Shown: piece after piece, positions 40,092-50,491 of the stretch
Numbering within the stretch: position 1 is the first letter of the stretch
How the letters are laid out: every line of letters starts with the position of its first letter
Origin: Spirochaetia bacterium
GTDB lineage: Bacteria > Spirochaetota > Spirochaetia > UBA9216
Assembly: GCA_965140585.1 (NCBI GenBank)
Contig: OZ223266.1
Coordinates: 1 to 64,000 of the forward strand
Reading direction: 5' to 3'
Length of the DNA stretch: 64,000 nucleotides
Notes under the pieces: model-generated
Told to the model about the DNA's origin: nothing
The model's input: only the letters and a program-made list of their open reading frames with translations
The model's database searches: none
Program-made: the position numbers and the translations under genes

Positions 40092-41597
40092 ATGTTAGTT
40101 TCAACATTTTTAGGTTTAATGACACCGTTAAATATTACCCTGATGGTAGTTGGTGTAATCGTCGGTATTCTCTTTGGCGCAATTCCCGGATTGAGTTCAA
40201 CCATGGCGATCGCGTTGTTCCTGCCCGTCACCTTTGCGCTAGATGTGACAAGTGCCTTTGCACTTCTTATTGCCCTGTATATAGGCGGTGTTTCCGGGGG
40301 ATTGATTTCAGCTATTCTTATTAATATTCCCGGTTCGGCAATGTCGATAGCCACGACGTATGACGGTTCGCCAATGGCTGTAAAAGGTCATGCCCACAGG
40401 GCACTCGGAATAGGTATCGTTTTCTCAACACTTGGTACTATCGTGAGCCTCATTGTCCTTATTGCCGCTGCTCCTCCTCTTTCAAAGCTTACGATAAAGA
40501 TGAGTTCCTATGATTTCTTTGCGCTGACCCTGCTGTCGTTAACATTGATATCAGGAGTCTCCGGTAAGAATATGCTGCTTGGTTTATTATCCGGATTCAT
40601 GGGGCTTGCCATTGCGATGGTTGGTATCGCACCAATTGATGGAACGCCGCGTTTCACCTTCGGTGAAGTACAGCTGCTTAATGGATTTTCCCTGTTGCCA
40701 TCGGTTATTGGGTTATTTGCCGTAACTGAGATAATGAAGGCTGTCAGCAACGCTGATAAAAAATCGGAAGTAAAGGCTAAACCCGAAAAGGTCAGAGGCT
40801 TTGGGTTCTCTCTCCGGGAGTTTTTTGCTCAGGCAAAGAATTTTGTGATATCTTCTGTCATTGGAATAGTAATTGGATTTCTGCCGGGTATGGGTGGTTC
40901 CCTGGCTAACCAGGTTGCTTACGCGGCGGTGCAGAAGAACTCTAAGTACCCTGAGAAATTCGGAACTGGCATAATGGATGGTATAGTTGCATCGGAGACT
41001 TCGAATAACGCTTCCATAGGAGGCGCAATGATTCCCCTGCTTACGCTTGGTATTCCAGGTGATGGACCGACTGCGATGCTGCTCGGCGCATTTATGATCC
41101 ACGGGATTGTTCCAGGACCGCTTCTGTTTAAAACAAGCGGTTCGCTGGTAAATACAATCTTTGTAGCGTTGATTATATGTACTATTATTATGTTTTTCAT
41201 AGAATATTTCGGCTTACGGCTGTTTGTAAAGGCGTTGAATGTTCCAAAAGGCATACTCCTTCCGATTATACTGGTGCTATGCATTGTCGGTTCATATGCA
41301 AACAACAATAACATGTTTGATGTATGGACATTGCTGCTATTCGGTGTATTCGGTTTTTTGTTGTTTAAGATTGGAATACCAAGAGCACCGTTGGTTCTTG
41401 GCTTTGTTCTGGGGCCGTCAGTCGAAACAAATTTGCGGCGTGCAGTTCAGCACAGCCGGGGATCCATCATCCCTTTTCTGACCAGGCCCGTATGTGTAAC
41501 TTTGCTTACTCTGTGCCTTCTTATCATAGTTTTTGCATTTGTTTCTCAAATAAGGGCAGGTCGGGCAGAGAAGCGTGCAGCAGCTGCCGGAGAATGA
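40092..41597 (+). CDS. tctA: Tripartite tricarboxylate transporter large permease
   Basis: Motifs GAIPGLS, AILINIPG, ETSNNA and PLLTLGIPG. Confidence 0.93.
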   Translation: MLVSTFLGLMTPLNITLMVVGVIVGILFGAIPGLSSTMAIALFLPVTFALDVTSAFALLIALYIGGVSGGLISAILINIPGSAMSIATTYDGSPMAVKGHAHRALGIGIVFSTLGTIVSLIVLIAAAPPLSKLTIKMSSYDFFALTLLSLTLISGVSGKNMLLGLLSGFMGLAIAMVGIAPIDGTPRFTFGEVQLLNGFSLLPSVIGLFAVTEIMKAVSNADKKSEVKAKPEKVRGFGFSLREFFAQAKNFVISSVIGIVIGFLPGMGGSLANQVAYAAVQKNSKYPEKFGTGIMDGIVASETSNNASIGGAMIPLLTLGIPGDGPTAMLLGAFMIHGIVPGPLLFKTSGSLVNTIFVALIICTIIMFFIEYFGLRLFVKALNVPKGILLPIILVLCIVGSYANNNNMFDVWTLLLFGVFGFLLFKIGIPRAPLVLGFVLGPSVETNLRRAVQHSRGSIIPFLTRPVCVTLLTLCLLIIVFAFVSQIRAGRAEKRAAAAGE

Positions 41598-41599
41598 TT

Positions 41600-42415
41600 A
41601 TGGATATCACGGAAATTACAAAATTAACCAATAAGCGTCTTGCAGAACCATGGATTATAATGACAAAACCCTTCCATGTTGTAGGTAATATATATTTTGT
41701 TGGAACTTCCTGGGTATCATGTTTTCTTATTGAAACGGAAGAGGGCTTGATTTTAATTGATTGCGCTATGCAGGAAACAGCTTACCAGCTTATTGATGCC
41801 ATTCATCAGGTTGGGTTAAACCCGGGGAATATTAAGAAACTGTTTATTTCCCATGGTCATTTCGACCATTGCGGAGCAGCCCGAATTATTCAGGAAATGA
41901 CCGGTTGTGAGATTTGGCTCGGAAAAGACGATGAGTTCTTTTTCACAGAAAGACGGGATCTGATTCATTTTGAGCACACTGTTCCTGACTTTAAAATTAC
42001 CAATACCTATGATTATGATTCAGAATTTAATTTCGGAGGGACAATAATAAAGCCATTTCACTGCCCGGGGCATACTCCGGGTACAACCAGCTTTTTTATT
42101 GAAACCCAGAATGAAGGTAAAAATCTTACATGCGCAATGCATGGCGGGCTAGGCATTAATGGGATAAGTAAGCCTGAATTGATTGAAAACCGGCTGCCTG
42201 TGTCTCTTCATGATGATTACAGAAGGCAGCTTGAAGAAATGATGGAGAAGCATGTAGATATTGTTCTGCCTTCTCATGTAGGGCATGCTGTAGATTATGA
42301 TTTTCTGGGCCTTGGCTATGATACTTCCAGAGGCAGTGAAAAGTTTATTGATACGAATGCCTGGAGTAGAATGCTTTCATCCAAGCTGAAGCAGTTTGAG
42401 GAGAACTGCTGCTGA
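41600..42415 (+). CDS. MBL-fold metallohydrolase (B3-like)
   Basis: Motifs PFHVVGNIYFVG, SHGHFDHCG, PGHTPG and PSH; GGAG RBS before 41600; no signal peptide. Confidence 0.85.
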   Translation: MDITEITKLTNKRLAEPWIIMTKPFHVVGNIYFVGTSWVSCFLIETEEGLILIDCAMQETAYQLIDAIHQVGLNPGNIKKLFISHGHFDHCGAARIIQEMTGCEIWLGKDDEFFFTERRDLIHFEHTVPDFKITNTYDYDSEFNFGGTIIKPFHCPGHTPGTTSFFIETQNEGKNLTCAMHGGLGINGISKPELIENRLPVSLHDDYRRQLEEMMEKHVDIVLPSHVGHAVDYDFLGLGYDTSRGSEKFIDTNAWSRMLSSKLKQFEENCC

Positions 42416-42436
42416 TTTAGAATTACTGGAAAAACT

Positions 42437-43573
42437 ATGTTTGACTTACTTATCAAAAACGGAAATCTATTGATATCCGGACAAGATTCGCCTGGAAACA
42501 GCGATATCGGGATCTCAGGGAATAAGATTGTCAGAATTGGAAAAATCTCTGCAACTGAATCAAATCACGTAATTGATGCTTCAGATTGTATAGTCAGTCC
42601 AGGCCTTATCGATTTTCATTTACATCTGGCTCCGCTTGCTGAAATAGGAGTATGCGGAGAGGCTGCATGTTTTCCGTCTGGTGTAACAACGGTTGTAGAC
42701 TGCGGTAGTGCAGGGGCCGGAACTTATGCCGGGCACAGACCGGCAATAGCCGCCAGTTCTCTAAACGTTTTTACCTTTATGCATGTCTGTTCAGCCGGGC
42801 TTGCTACAGGCCGCTATCTGGAAAATCCGGACCCGAAGTACTATGACCTTGAAAAAATTAAAGAATATTTTGAAAAGTGGGGAAGCCGGGAGCTTATTGG
42901 TCTTAAAATCAGGCAGGGCAAAGAGATAGTCGGTTCTCTTGGTCTTGAGCCGCTTAAGAAAACTATTAGGCTTGCTGAAGAACTAAATGTTCCCGTAATG
43001 GTTCATTGCTCAAATCCGCCGGGTTCAATGGATGATATCCTCAACCTGTTGAGAAAGGGTGATATTTTTACACATGCCTTTCAGGACAAGGGCAGCAGCA
43101 TTCTCGGTACGGACGGACGGATATCTGAATCTGCTAAATCCGCAAGGGAGCGGGGTGTTATTTTCGATGTAGCAAATGCGAATATTCATTTCTCATTCGA
43201 GGTTGCAAGGCAGGCCATTTCAGAAGGATTTCTTCCGGATACCATCAGTACTGATTTAACCACCAGAAGCTTATATCTTCGTCCGAACGTTTTTAATTTA
43301 TTGCACGTCCTGTCAAAATACATAAGCCTTGGATTATCTGTCAGGCAGGTTTTTGATATGTGTACTGTGAACCCCGCAAAAATAATCGGAAAAGCCGGAG
43401 TTACGGCTTCCCTGAAAGAAGGCGCTGCTGCCGATATAGCGGTTATTCGTAATATAAAAAAGGATGTCATTTTTGGAGATAGAACTGGAAACACACTGAA
43501 GGGGAATTCGTTTCTAAAAACCATGGCTACAATAAAGGATGGAAAACTTGTCTATCGTGACCAGGAATTCTAA
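42437..43573 (+). CDS. Amidohydrolase/deacetylase (dihydroorotase-like, COG3964-type)
   Basis: Motifs PGLIDFHLH, GVTTVVDCGSAG, GLKIR, VMVH, TH and PDTISTD. Confidence 0.87.
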   Translation: MFDLLIKNGNLLISGQDSPGNSDIGISGNKIVRIGKISATESNHVIDASDCIVSPGLIDFHLHLAPLAEIGVCGEAACFPSGVTTVVDCGSAGAGTYAGHRPAIAASSLNVFTFMHVCSAGLATGRYLENPDPKYYDLEKIKEYFEKWGSRELIGLKIRQGKEIVGSLGLEPLKKTIRLAEELNVPVMVHCSNPPGSMDDILNLLRKGDIFTHAFQDKGSSILGTDGRISESAKSARERGVIFDVANANIHFSFEVARQAISEGFLPDTISTDLTTRSLYLRPNVFNLLHVLSKYISLGLSVRQVFDMCTVNPAKIIGKAGVTASLKEGAAADIAVIRNIKKDVIFGDRTGNTLKGNSFLKTMATIKDGKLVYRDQEF

Positions 43574-43623
43574 AAACAATAAACAAATAATTAGTTAACA
43601 GTGAATACCATAAGGAGAACGGC

Positions 43624-45462
43624 ATGAGTAAAAAGCCGAAACTGGTGTCAACTCTGGACTACACCATTAGAATAGGTGGAGAAGGAGGAGATGGAGTTAT
43701 AAGCTGCGGTGAACTTCTTGCACAGGCTGCTGCACGTACGGAATTTCATGTTTTTACTTTTATTACCTATCCGTCAGAAATGAGGGGCGGATTTTCCATG
43801 ATTCAGATAAGGTTGAGGGATATAACAATTTATTCCATGGGAAGCAGTGTGGATTGTCTGCTTGTCTTCAATCAGGAGGCACTTCAAAATACCCGATCGG
43901 TACTCAGGGAAGGTGGAGTTCTGATATATGATCCGGACACGGTTGATGTAAGTGATATGAAAGACTGTCAGCTCAAACCCGTTCCATTTACTGCTCTTGC
44001 CCGGGAGACCAATGGGGTTGTTCTTGGTAAGAACGTGGTTGCTCTTGGTACGCTGGGCAGCGTCCTGGGAATTGATAAAAATTTACTTCAGGATTTGCTG
44101 AAAGAAAAATTCGGGAAAAAGGGTGCTGGTGTTATAGAAAAGAACAATAAAGCCCTTCAGGCTGGAATGGATGCGGCAGCCAGAATTGATATGCCGGTAA
44201 ATTTCAGAATTACAGACCTGAAACCTGCCGGTGAAGATTATATGTTTATTAGCGGTAATCAGGCTGTGGCCCTCGGTGCTATTGCTGCCGGCTGCAGGTT
44301 TACAGCCGGATATCCGATAACCCCTTCTACATCAATTTTTGAAACCCTAACCAGACTTATGCCGCTTGTCGGCGGCAGGGCTATTCAGATGGAGGATGAG
44401 ATCGCTGCTATCAGTGCTGTGATTGGAGCTTCATTCGCCGGCGAAAAGGTTATTATACCAACCTCCGGACCGGGGCTGATGCTTATGACAGAGCAGCTTA
44501 GTCTTGCATCGATGATCGAAGTTCCGATGGTGCTTGTAGATGTACAGCGCGCCGGGCCTTCTACAGGTCTTCCTACAAAAACTGAACAGTCAGACCTTAA
44601 GTTTGCTGTTTATGGTGCGGCCGGGGACAGTCCAAGAATTATCATGGCGCCAACCACAGTGGAAGATACTTTCTATCAAACTATCAGGGCTTTTAATCTG
44701 TCAGAAAGATATCAGATTCCGGTAATTCTGCTTCTTGATCAGTCCATAGGATACCGGAAAGCAACTGTTAAAATGCCTAACTTTGATCAGATCAAAGAAC
44801 TTGATCAGATGGAGTGCTTTAAAAGTCTGCGTATTCCTCATGCCAATAAAATAGATCTCAGGCGAAGAAGGGAACCCGACTCAAATGATCTTGAAGATTA
44901 TAAGCGGTATCTTGATACCCCGGATGGAGTCAGTCCTATTGCAAGACCAGGTACTCCCGGAGGTCAGTATCTTGCTACCGGTCTGGAGCATGATGAATAC
45001 GGGCATACCGATCAATCACCACTTAATCATCAGAAAATGAGCCTTAAGAGATTCAGGAAGATGGAGGCAATCTCCAAAGAGTTTGAAAAAAACCCGATAG
45101 AGTTTTACGGCGATCCTGACGCAACAATTGGGGTTATTGGCTGGGGATCTACCGAGGGGGCTATCCGTGAAGCCAGATACATGGCTGAAAATAACGGTAT
45201 TAAAATTCGTCACCTCCATCCGCATACTATAAGTCCTCTTCCCCACAGGCAAATCTCCCTGTTTCTGGCAAGGCTGGATCATCTTATTGTAGTAGAAGAA
45301 AATCTTACCGGACAATTTACAAATTATCTTAAAGCCAAGTTCAGGATTAATCCTCAGAATATACGTAAATGTCAGGGTATACCTCTGACCGCAGAAGAAA
45401 TTTATGAAGGAATTGAAAAGGTAGCGAGGTTGGACAATGATGAACACAGTAAATTCTTTTAA
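43624..45462 (+). CDS. 2-oxoacid:ferredoxin oxidoreductase alpha subunit (gamma-alpha fusion, KorA-like)
   Basis: Motifs GGEGGDG, YPITP, QMEDE, TSGPG and QRAGPSTGLPT. Confidence 0.92.
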   Translation: MSKKPKLVSTLDYTIRIGGEGGDGVISCGELLAQAAARTEFHVFTFITYPSEMRGGFSMIQIRLRDITIYSMGSSVDCLLVFNQEALQNTRSVLREGGVLIYDPDTVDVSDMKDCQLKPVPFTALARETNGVVLGKNVVALGTLGSVLGIDKNLLQDLLKEKFGKKGAGVIEKNNKALQAGMDAAARIDMPVNFRITDLKPAGEDYMFISGNQAVALGAIAAGCRFTAGYPITPSTSIFETLTRLMPLVGGRAIQMEDEIAAISAVIGASFAGEKVIIPTSGPGLMLMTEQLSLASMIEVPMVLVDVQRAGPSTGLPTKTEQSDLKFAVYGAAGDSPRIIMAPTTVEDTFYQTIRAFNLSERYQIPVILLLDQSIGYRKATVKMPNFDQIKELDQMECFKSLRIPHANKIDLRRRREPDSNDLEDYKRYLDTPDGVSPIARPGTPGGQYLATGLEHDEYGHTDQSPLNHQKMSLKRFRKMEAISKEFEKNPIEFYGDPDATIGVIGWGSTEGAIREARYMAENNGIKIRHLHPHTISPLPHRQISLFLARLDHLIVVEENLTGQFTNYLKAKFRINPQNIRKCQGIPLTAEEIYEGIEKVARLDNDEHSKFF

Positions 45463-46297
45463 CAGGGAAGGGGTTAAGCCGGTATGGTGTCCGGGCTGCG
45501 GTGATTATGGCGTGCTTACGGCCCTTAAAAAGTCACTTGCCGAGCTGCAGCTTTCGCCTGAAGAAATCATGGTGATATCGGGTATAGGATGTTCTGGGCG
45601 GTTTTCTCACTACCTTAATACTTACAGCCTTCACGGTACTCACGGCAGGGCTCTTCCGACAGCTTGCGGGGCAAAGGCTGCCAGTCCGGAAATGACCGTG
45701 CTTGCAGTAGGCGGTGATGGAGACGGTTTGTCGATCGGCGGAGGCCATATAAGTCATACTGCAAGAAGGAATGCAAACATCACTTATCTTCTTTTAGATA
45801 ATCATATTTACGGACTCACAAAGGGGCAGACATCTCCAACTACTCCTGTCGGCTATCAGGGGAAAACCTCTCCGTATGGAGTGACAGAAGAAGAGCTGAA
45901 CCCGATACCGGTTTTTCTTACATATGGTGCTTCATTTGTAGCCCGGGGGCACAGTTTTGATATTAAGCAGCTTACACATCTCATTACAGAGGGGATAAAG
46001 CATCCCGGATTTTCAATTATCTATGTTCATTCGCCCTGTGTGACTCACCCTTCACTCGAATGGAAGAAGCTTAAAGAAAAGATCTGCAGTCTTCCTGAAG
46101 GATTTCCTGTTCAGGATATTATGACCGCCATGCCCTATGCTTTTTTAAAGGATAAGCTTTATACAGGAATATTCTACCAGGTCAGAAAGCCGACTTTGGA
46201 AGAGCGGCTGGTGGAGGTTCAGGAACGGGCTCTTGAAAGGCAGAAGGGCGAGGGGCTTGATGTTTCAGTCAGACATATTATGAACAGGTTCCGATGA
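45437..46297 (+). CDS. 2-oxoacid:ferredoxin oxidoreductase beta subunit (KorB-like)
   Basis: Motifs WCPGCG, SGIGCS, HGRALP, the ThDP motif GGDGD and SPCVT. Confidence 0.92.
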   Translation: MMNTVNSFNREGVKPVWCPGCGDYGVLTALKKSLAELQLSPEEIMVISGIGCSGRFSHYLNTYSLHGTHGRALPTACGAKAASPEMTVLAVGGDGDGLSIGGGHISHTARRNANITYLLLDNHIYGLTKGQTSPTTPVGYQGKTSPYGVTEEELNPIPVFLTYGASFVARGHSFDIKQLTHLITEGIKHPGFSIIYVHSPCVTHPSLEWKKLKEKICSLPEGFPVQDIMTAMPYAFLKDKLYTGIFYQVRKPTLEERLVEVQERALERQKGEGLDVSVRHIMNRFR

Positions 46298-46364
46298 TTT
46301 CGCAACGAAACAATATTGAGAACTTAAATTTATTCTTAACAGATTTTTATACAGGAGCGATTGT

Positions 46365-47732
46365 ATGAATACAGTTGAATATATTGCCGGATATATAGAA
46401 AGAGCTAGAAAAGCTCAGAAGGAATTTGAGGCCTGGTCGCAAGGGCAGGTGGATGAGGCCGTAAGGCTGATTGCAAAAGTGGTATATGATAATGCTGAAT
46501 ATCTTGCAGGGATGGCAGTAGCTGAAACCGAAATGGGAAATGTTCCTGATAAAATTCTAAAAAACAGAGGAAAGGCCGGTATAATCTGGAACAGTCTCAA
46601 AGGAAAAAAATCAAGAGGCATAATTAAGAGGGATGCGCAAACGGGAATTACTGAAATTGCAAAACCTGTCGGAGTAATTGCTGCAATTACTCCTTGTACA
46701 AACCCTGTTGTTACCCCGATGTGTAATGCAATGTTTGCGCTGAAGGGTGGAAACGCAGTGGTTATCACTCCCCATCATCGCTCATATAAAACAAGTGAAG
46801 AAACTGTCAGGCTTATAAATGAAGAACTGCAGAAGATTGGTGCTCCTGAAAATCTTGTTCAGATTGTTGATCATCAGTCCAGGGAAAATACCCGGGAGCT
46901 TATCTCTGCGGCAGATACTGTTGTGGCGACCGGGGGAATGAGTATGGTCAAGGCTGCATACAGCAGCGGAAAGCCGGCCCTTGGCGTTGGCGCGGGAAAT
47001 GTGCAGTGCATCATAGACCGGGATGTTGATTTCAGTGAAATGGTTCCAAAGATTGTTAACGGCAGAAGTTTCGACTATGGAATTATATGTTCGGGAGAGC
47101 AGACTGTAATTGTTCACGAAGAGGACCTGGATGCCGTCATGGAAGAGTTTAGAAAAAACAGCGGATATGTTGTTTTTGATGAACAGGAAGTTGGCTCCTT
47201 CCGGAAGGCTATATTCCCAAACGGTAAAATGAATCCTGATCTTGTTGGTCAGTCAACAGCAAGGGTGGCAGAACTGGCAGGTACTGAAATTCCTGAAGAT
47301 ACCAGAGTAATTCTGCTTAAAGCCGCCGGAGCGGGAAGAGAAGACTTTCTTTCCAAGGAAAAAATGTGCCCGGTGCTTTCAATTTATACATATAAAAATT
47401 TTGATGAAGCAATAGATATTGCAGAAGCAAATCTGGAATATGAAGGAGCCGGCCATTCTGTTTCGCTGCACAGCCACAGTGAAGAACATATTGAAGCGGC
47501 CGCTCTTAGGCTGAAGGCAAGTAGGTTTGTAATTAATCAGCCCTCTTCAACCAGCGCAGGCGGGAGCTGGTATAACGGTTTTTCTCCGACAACGACTCTG
47601 GGCTGCGGTTCGTGGGGGAATAACAGTATTTCTGAGAATCTGACATATACTCATATGATCAATGTTTCAAGAATCGGATATTTTATGAAAGATGCGGAAA
47701 TACCTTCAGAGGATATCCTTTGGAATAGTTAA
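46365..47732 (+). CDS. sucD: CoA-acylating aldehyde dehydrogenase, succinate-semialdehyde dehydrogenase-like
   Basis: TNPVVTPMCNAM, GIICSGEQ, KEKMCPVL and TTTLGCGSWGNNSISENLTY..INVSRIGYF closely recall clostridial SucD (not the succinyl-CoA synthetase sucD). Confidence 0.8.
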   Translation: MNTVEYIAGYIERARKAQKEFEAWSQGQVDEAVRLIAKVVYDNAEYLAGMAVAETEMGNVPDKILKNRGKAGIIWNSLKGKKSRGIIKRDAQTGITEIAKPVGVIAAITPCTNPVVTPMCNAMFALKGGNAVVITPHHRSYKTSEETVRLINEELQKIGAPENLVQIVDHQSRENTRELISAADTVVATGGMSMVKAAYSSGKPALGVGAGNVQCIIDRDVDFSEMVPKIVNGRSFDYGIICSGEQTVIVHEEDLDAVMEEFRKNSGYVVFDEQEVGSFRKAIFPNGKMNPDLVGQSTARVAELAGTEIPEDTRVILLKAAGAGREDFLSKEKMCPVLSIYTYKNFDEAIDIAEANLEYEGAGHSVSLHSHSEEHIEAAALRLKASRFVINQPSSTSAGGSWYNGFSPTTTLGCGSWGNNSISENLTYTHMINVSRIGYFMKDAEIPSEDILWNS

Positions 47733-47754
47733 AAATGCTAAGTTCATTTATTAT

Positions 47755-47782
47755 AAAGGCCGGGGTGATCCGGCCTTTTTTT
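47755..47782. terminator. Intrinsic terminator between the operon and the convergent activator
   Basis: AAAGGCCGG-ggtgat-CCGGCCTTTTTTT. Confidence 0.88.
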
Positions 47783-47794
47783 ATTCATGTGACA

Positions 47795-49720
47795 TCAGAT
47801 TTCTGAATTAAAAAGTTTTTCTTTTCTCCATAAAGTAGTAATGCTTATTCCAAGTATTGCGGCCGCCATTTCCCTGTTCCCTTTTGTCTGCTGCAGAACT
47901 TCAAGAATCAGTTTCTTTTCCATTGTTTTGAGCAGGCCTTCGGTTTGAGGCGTCGCATCTGAAATTGATTTTAGAAAGTCTGTTTTAAAGCTGTCTAAGC
48001 CTTGACTCGACTTTGCAGGCTGTTCGATAATATCTTCTCTTGAAGAAATTAATTCCGAAATAAGTTTTTCATCAATCTGATTTTTATTATTAAGAACATT
48101 TGCTCTTTCGGTAACATTCTTCAGCTGCCTTACGTTGCCGGGCCATGAATAGTTAGAGATGTATTTTTCAGCTTTTTCTGTTAGAAAATTGTAGTTTTGA
48201 AGATAATGGCTGAATAAGGCCGGAATATCTTCTTTTCTTTCCCTTAACGGGGGAATTTTCAGCTCGAGCACACAAATCCTGTAATATAAATCCTCTCTGA
48301 AATTGTTGTTTTTTACTTCTTCATAAAGATCTTTATTACATGCTGCAATTATTCTGATGTCGATAGGCACTATTCTGTTATCGCCTATTCGTGTTATCTC
48401 TTTTTCCTGAAGAACTCTCAGTAGTTTGGCCTGTACATCCGGTGGTATTTCTGTAATTTCATCCAGAAAAACCGTACCCCTATGAGCCTGTTCGAAGACC
48501 CCTGCTTTTCCTCCGGTTTTAGCTCCTGTAAAGGCTCCTTCAGCATATCCGAACAGTTCACTTTCGAGGATGCTTTTGGGAAGAGCTGCGCAGTTGATTG
48601 CAATAAAGGGGTTAAGCTTTCGTATGCTGTCGTTATGGATGCTTTGAGCAAACATCTCTTTTCCGGTTCCTGTTTCACCGGTAAGCAGGATTGTACTTTC
48701 TGTTTTAGCGTATAGCTTGGCAGTGTCGATAGTCTTATGGATTGTCTTTGATTCTCCAATTATATTTGAGAAGTTTATTTTTGCGTAATGACCTCTGCCT
48801 ATCTGCTTCTTTCTGATCTTTGAATCAATAATCTGTATATTGGTTTCTTCCTGTATCGATATGACGGCTCCGTTGATCTGATTATTGATGATTATAGGCA
48901 GACAGCTGTATACCAGCGAGAGCCTGTTGATTGTAATAAGCTCATCATAAACTGGTTTTCCTGACTGAATGGTTTTTTGTATATTGGTTGTGTTTATTAA
49001 AGTCTCTATATAAGTTTTCTCTTCTTCGGCCTCACGCTGCAGCAGTGCTTTAGCTATTTTGTTGATATTCAGAATTTTCCCCGAGTTATCAATACCAATA
49101 ATCCCTTCAGAGGTGCTGTCCAGTAATGTTGAAATTAAACTGTACTGTTTTTCCCTTTCCTCTTCGACATATAGACTGTACAGAGCTTCGTCAATTGCAA
49201 GCTCAACTTCCGATTCATCAGGATAAATGGAATAGAAGGGCATGTTGTTGCTGATGCAGATTTCCCTTAATTGAAAACCTCCGATAAATGCTTCTGCGCC
49301 GATTTCTCTGGCTTTTGTAAAGGCATCTTTGAATTCTCTTGCATCATCAACCTGAAACACCAGAAGTGATTCGTTCATTATGGAATTAAACTTATTAGCA
49401 ATATTGCAGAATTGTGAAAAACCTATTGCGGCAACCTTGTTATAACTTGTACTTGTCTTTCTGACAGCCAGGAAAAAACTAAGAAAACTGTGTCTGATAT
49501 CGATGATTGGCATATCAAGATTTTCTCTAAGCAGTGCCGCGCTTCCTCCCCGGCAGACAAGAACTTTTGTTCCGTTTTTCTGACATTCCTTAGCTTTTTC
49601 AAGAGCCGTATGAGTGGTTAGTTCATAAACAGGTATTCCGGATATCTGCAGCTTATTTAATACATATTCACAACTTTGAGACATACCAGGGGTAGTTGAA
49701 AATATGACTATTTTATTCAT
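47795..49720 (-). CDS. PrpR-type sigma54-dependent activator (PrpR_N-PAS-AAA+-HTH)
   Basis: VCRGGSA in PrpR_N; PAS; GETGTGKE, ESELFG, GAFTGA and WPGNVRQL; Fis-type HTH. Confidence 0.93.
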   Translation of the reverse strand: MNKIVIFSTTPGMSQSCEYVLNKLQISGIPVYELTTHTALEKAKECQKNGTKVLVCRGGSAALLRENLDMPIIDIRHSFLSFFLAVRKTSTSYNKVAAIGFSQFCNIANKFNSIMNESLLVFQVDDAREFKDAFTKAREIGAEAFIGGFQLREICISNNMPFYSIYPDESEVELAIDEALYSLYVEEEREKQYSLISTLLDSTSEGIIGIDNSGKILNINKIAKALLQREAEEEKTYIETLINTTNIQKTIQSGKPVYDELITINRLSLVYSCLPIIINNQINGAVISIQEETNIQIIDSKIRKKQIGRGHYAKINFSNIIGESKTIHKTIDTAKLYAKTESTILLTGETGTGKEMFAQSIHNDSIRKLNPFIAINCAALPKSILESELFGYAEGAFTGAKTGGKAGVFEQAHRGTVFLDEITEIPPDVQAKLLRVLQEKEITRIGDNRIVPIDIRIIAACNKDLYEEVKNNNFREDLYYRICVLELKIPPLRERKEDIPALFSHYLQNYNFLTEKAEKYISNYSWPGNVRQLKNVTERANVLNNKNQIDEKLISELISSREDIIEQPAKSSQGLDSFKTDFLKSISDATPQTEGLLKTMEKKLILEVLQQTKGNREMAAAILGISITTLWRKEKLFNSEI

Positions 49721-49824
49721 CCTGTTATCCTTTAAAGCAATAAGTAGTAGTTTATCTCAATTTTCAGGATTTATAAATCAGTAATTAAATTTGTTCACAT
49801 CTGAATAAAGCGGTAGTATAGTTG

Positions 49825-49853
49825 TGATGTCGGTTGTTCAACAACTGACATCA
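49825..49853. promoter_or_regulatory. GntR/FadR-type operator
   Basis: TGATGTCGGTTGT-tca-ACAACTGACATCA, a 12/13 dyad with the FadR core TnGT-N3-ACnA, just upstream of the GntR relic. Confidence 0.75.
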
Positions 49854-49887
49854 TATAAGCAATAATATTTTATAAAAGAACATATTT

Positions 49888-50432
49888 GGGAAAGCCGCTT
49901 TAAGAATCTGAATGTGGGAAACTAAGTATATAAACAAATGATGGAAAAGATTATCAATAATGTCTGGAACCCCGGTTCAAAGATTCCGTTAGAGAATGAG
50001 TTATGTATAAATCTTGGTGTCTGCAGACATACAATCCGGGCTGTTCTAAACAAGCTGAATGCCCTGGGACTTTTTGAAACGAATCATGATGAAGGTGCTT
50101 TTGTTAAGAAACTTGAACCGTCACGTCAATATATCTTAACTCTCTTGTTTCTGTTGTTTTCTTGGGAAAGCATAAATATCGAACAATTATGGAATTCCGA
50201 AAAGGTATTGAAGTTGAAGCAATATGGCTGGTTGCAAAATGTTACTGAAGAAAATATTGCTGAGCTTCAGCTAATTGAAGATGAATTAACAAAGAACAAA
50301 GATTATATTGAAAGTTATGCAGAATATGATATTGACTTCCATGTGGCAATTTCAAAAGCTTCAAAAAATCAAATGTTCTTGCAGACCATGAATATTATTA
50401 AGGTAATACTTTCTGCTCAGCTGCATGAGTAA
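49888..50432 (+). pseudogene. FadR/GntR family regulator relic
   Basis: wHTH WNPGSKIPLENELC..LGVCRHTIR and FCD DIDFHVAISKASKN; the middle is frameshifted and the start codon is lost. Confidence 0.75.
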
Positions 50433-50491
50433 GCATTTAAGCTTGGTAATAGACAAACTAGAAAAATAAGTAAATTTCTTTATCCGAATCA

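Noticed and set aside
41492-41599. Longer start for the MBL-fold ORF, resembling a signal region
   Set aside because: It overlaps the tctA C-terminus; the RBS supports 41600.
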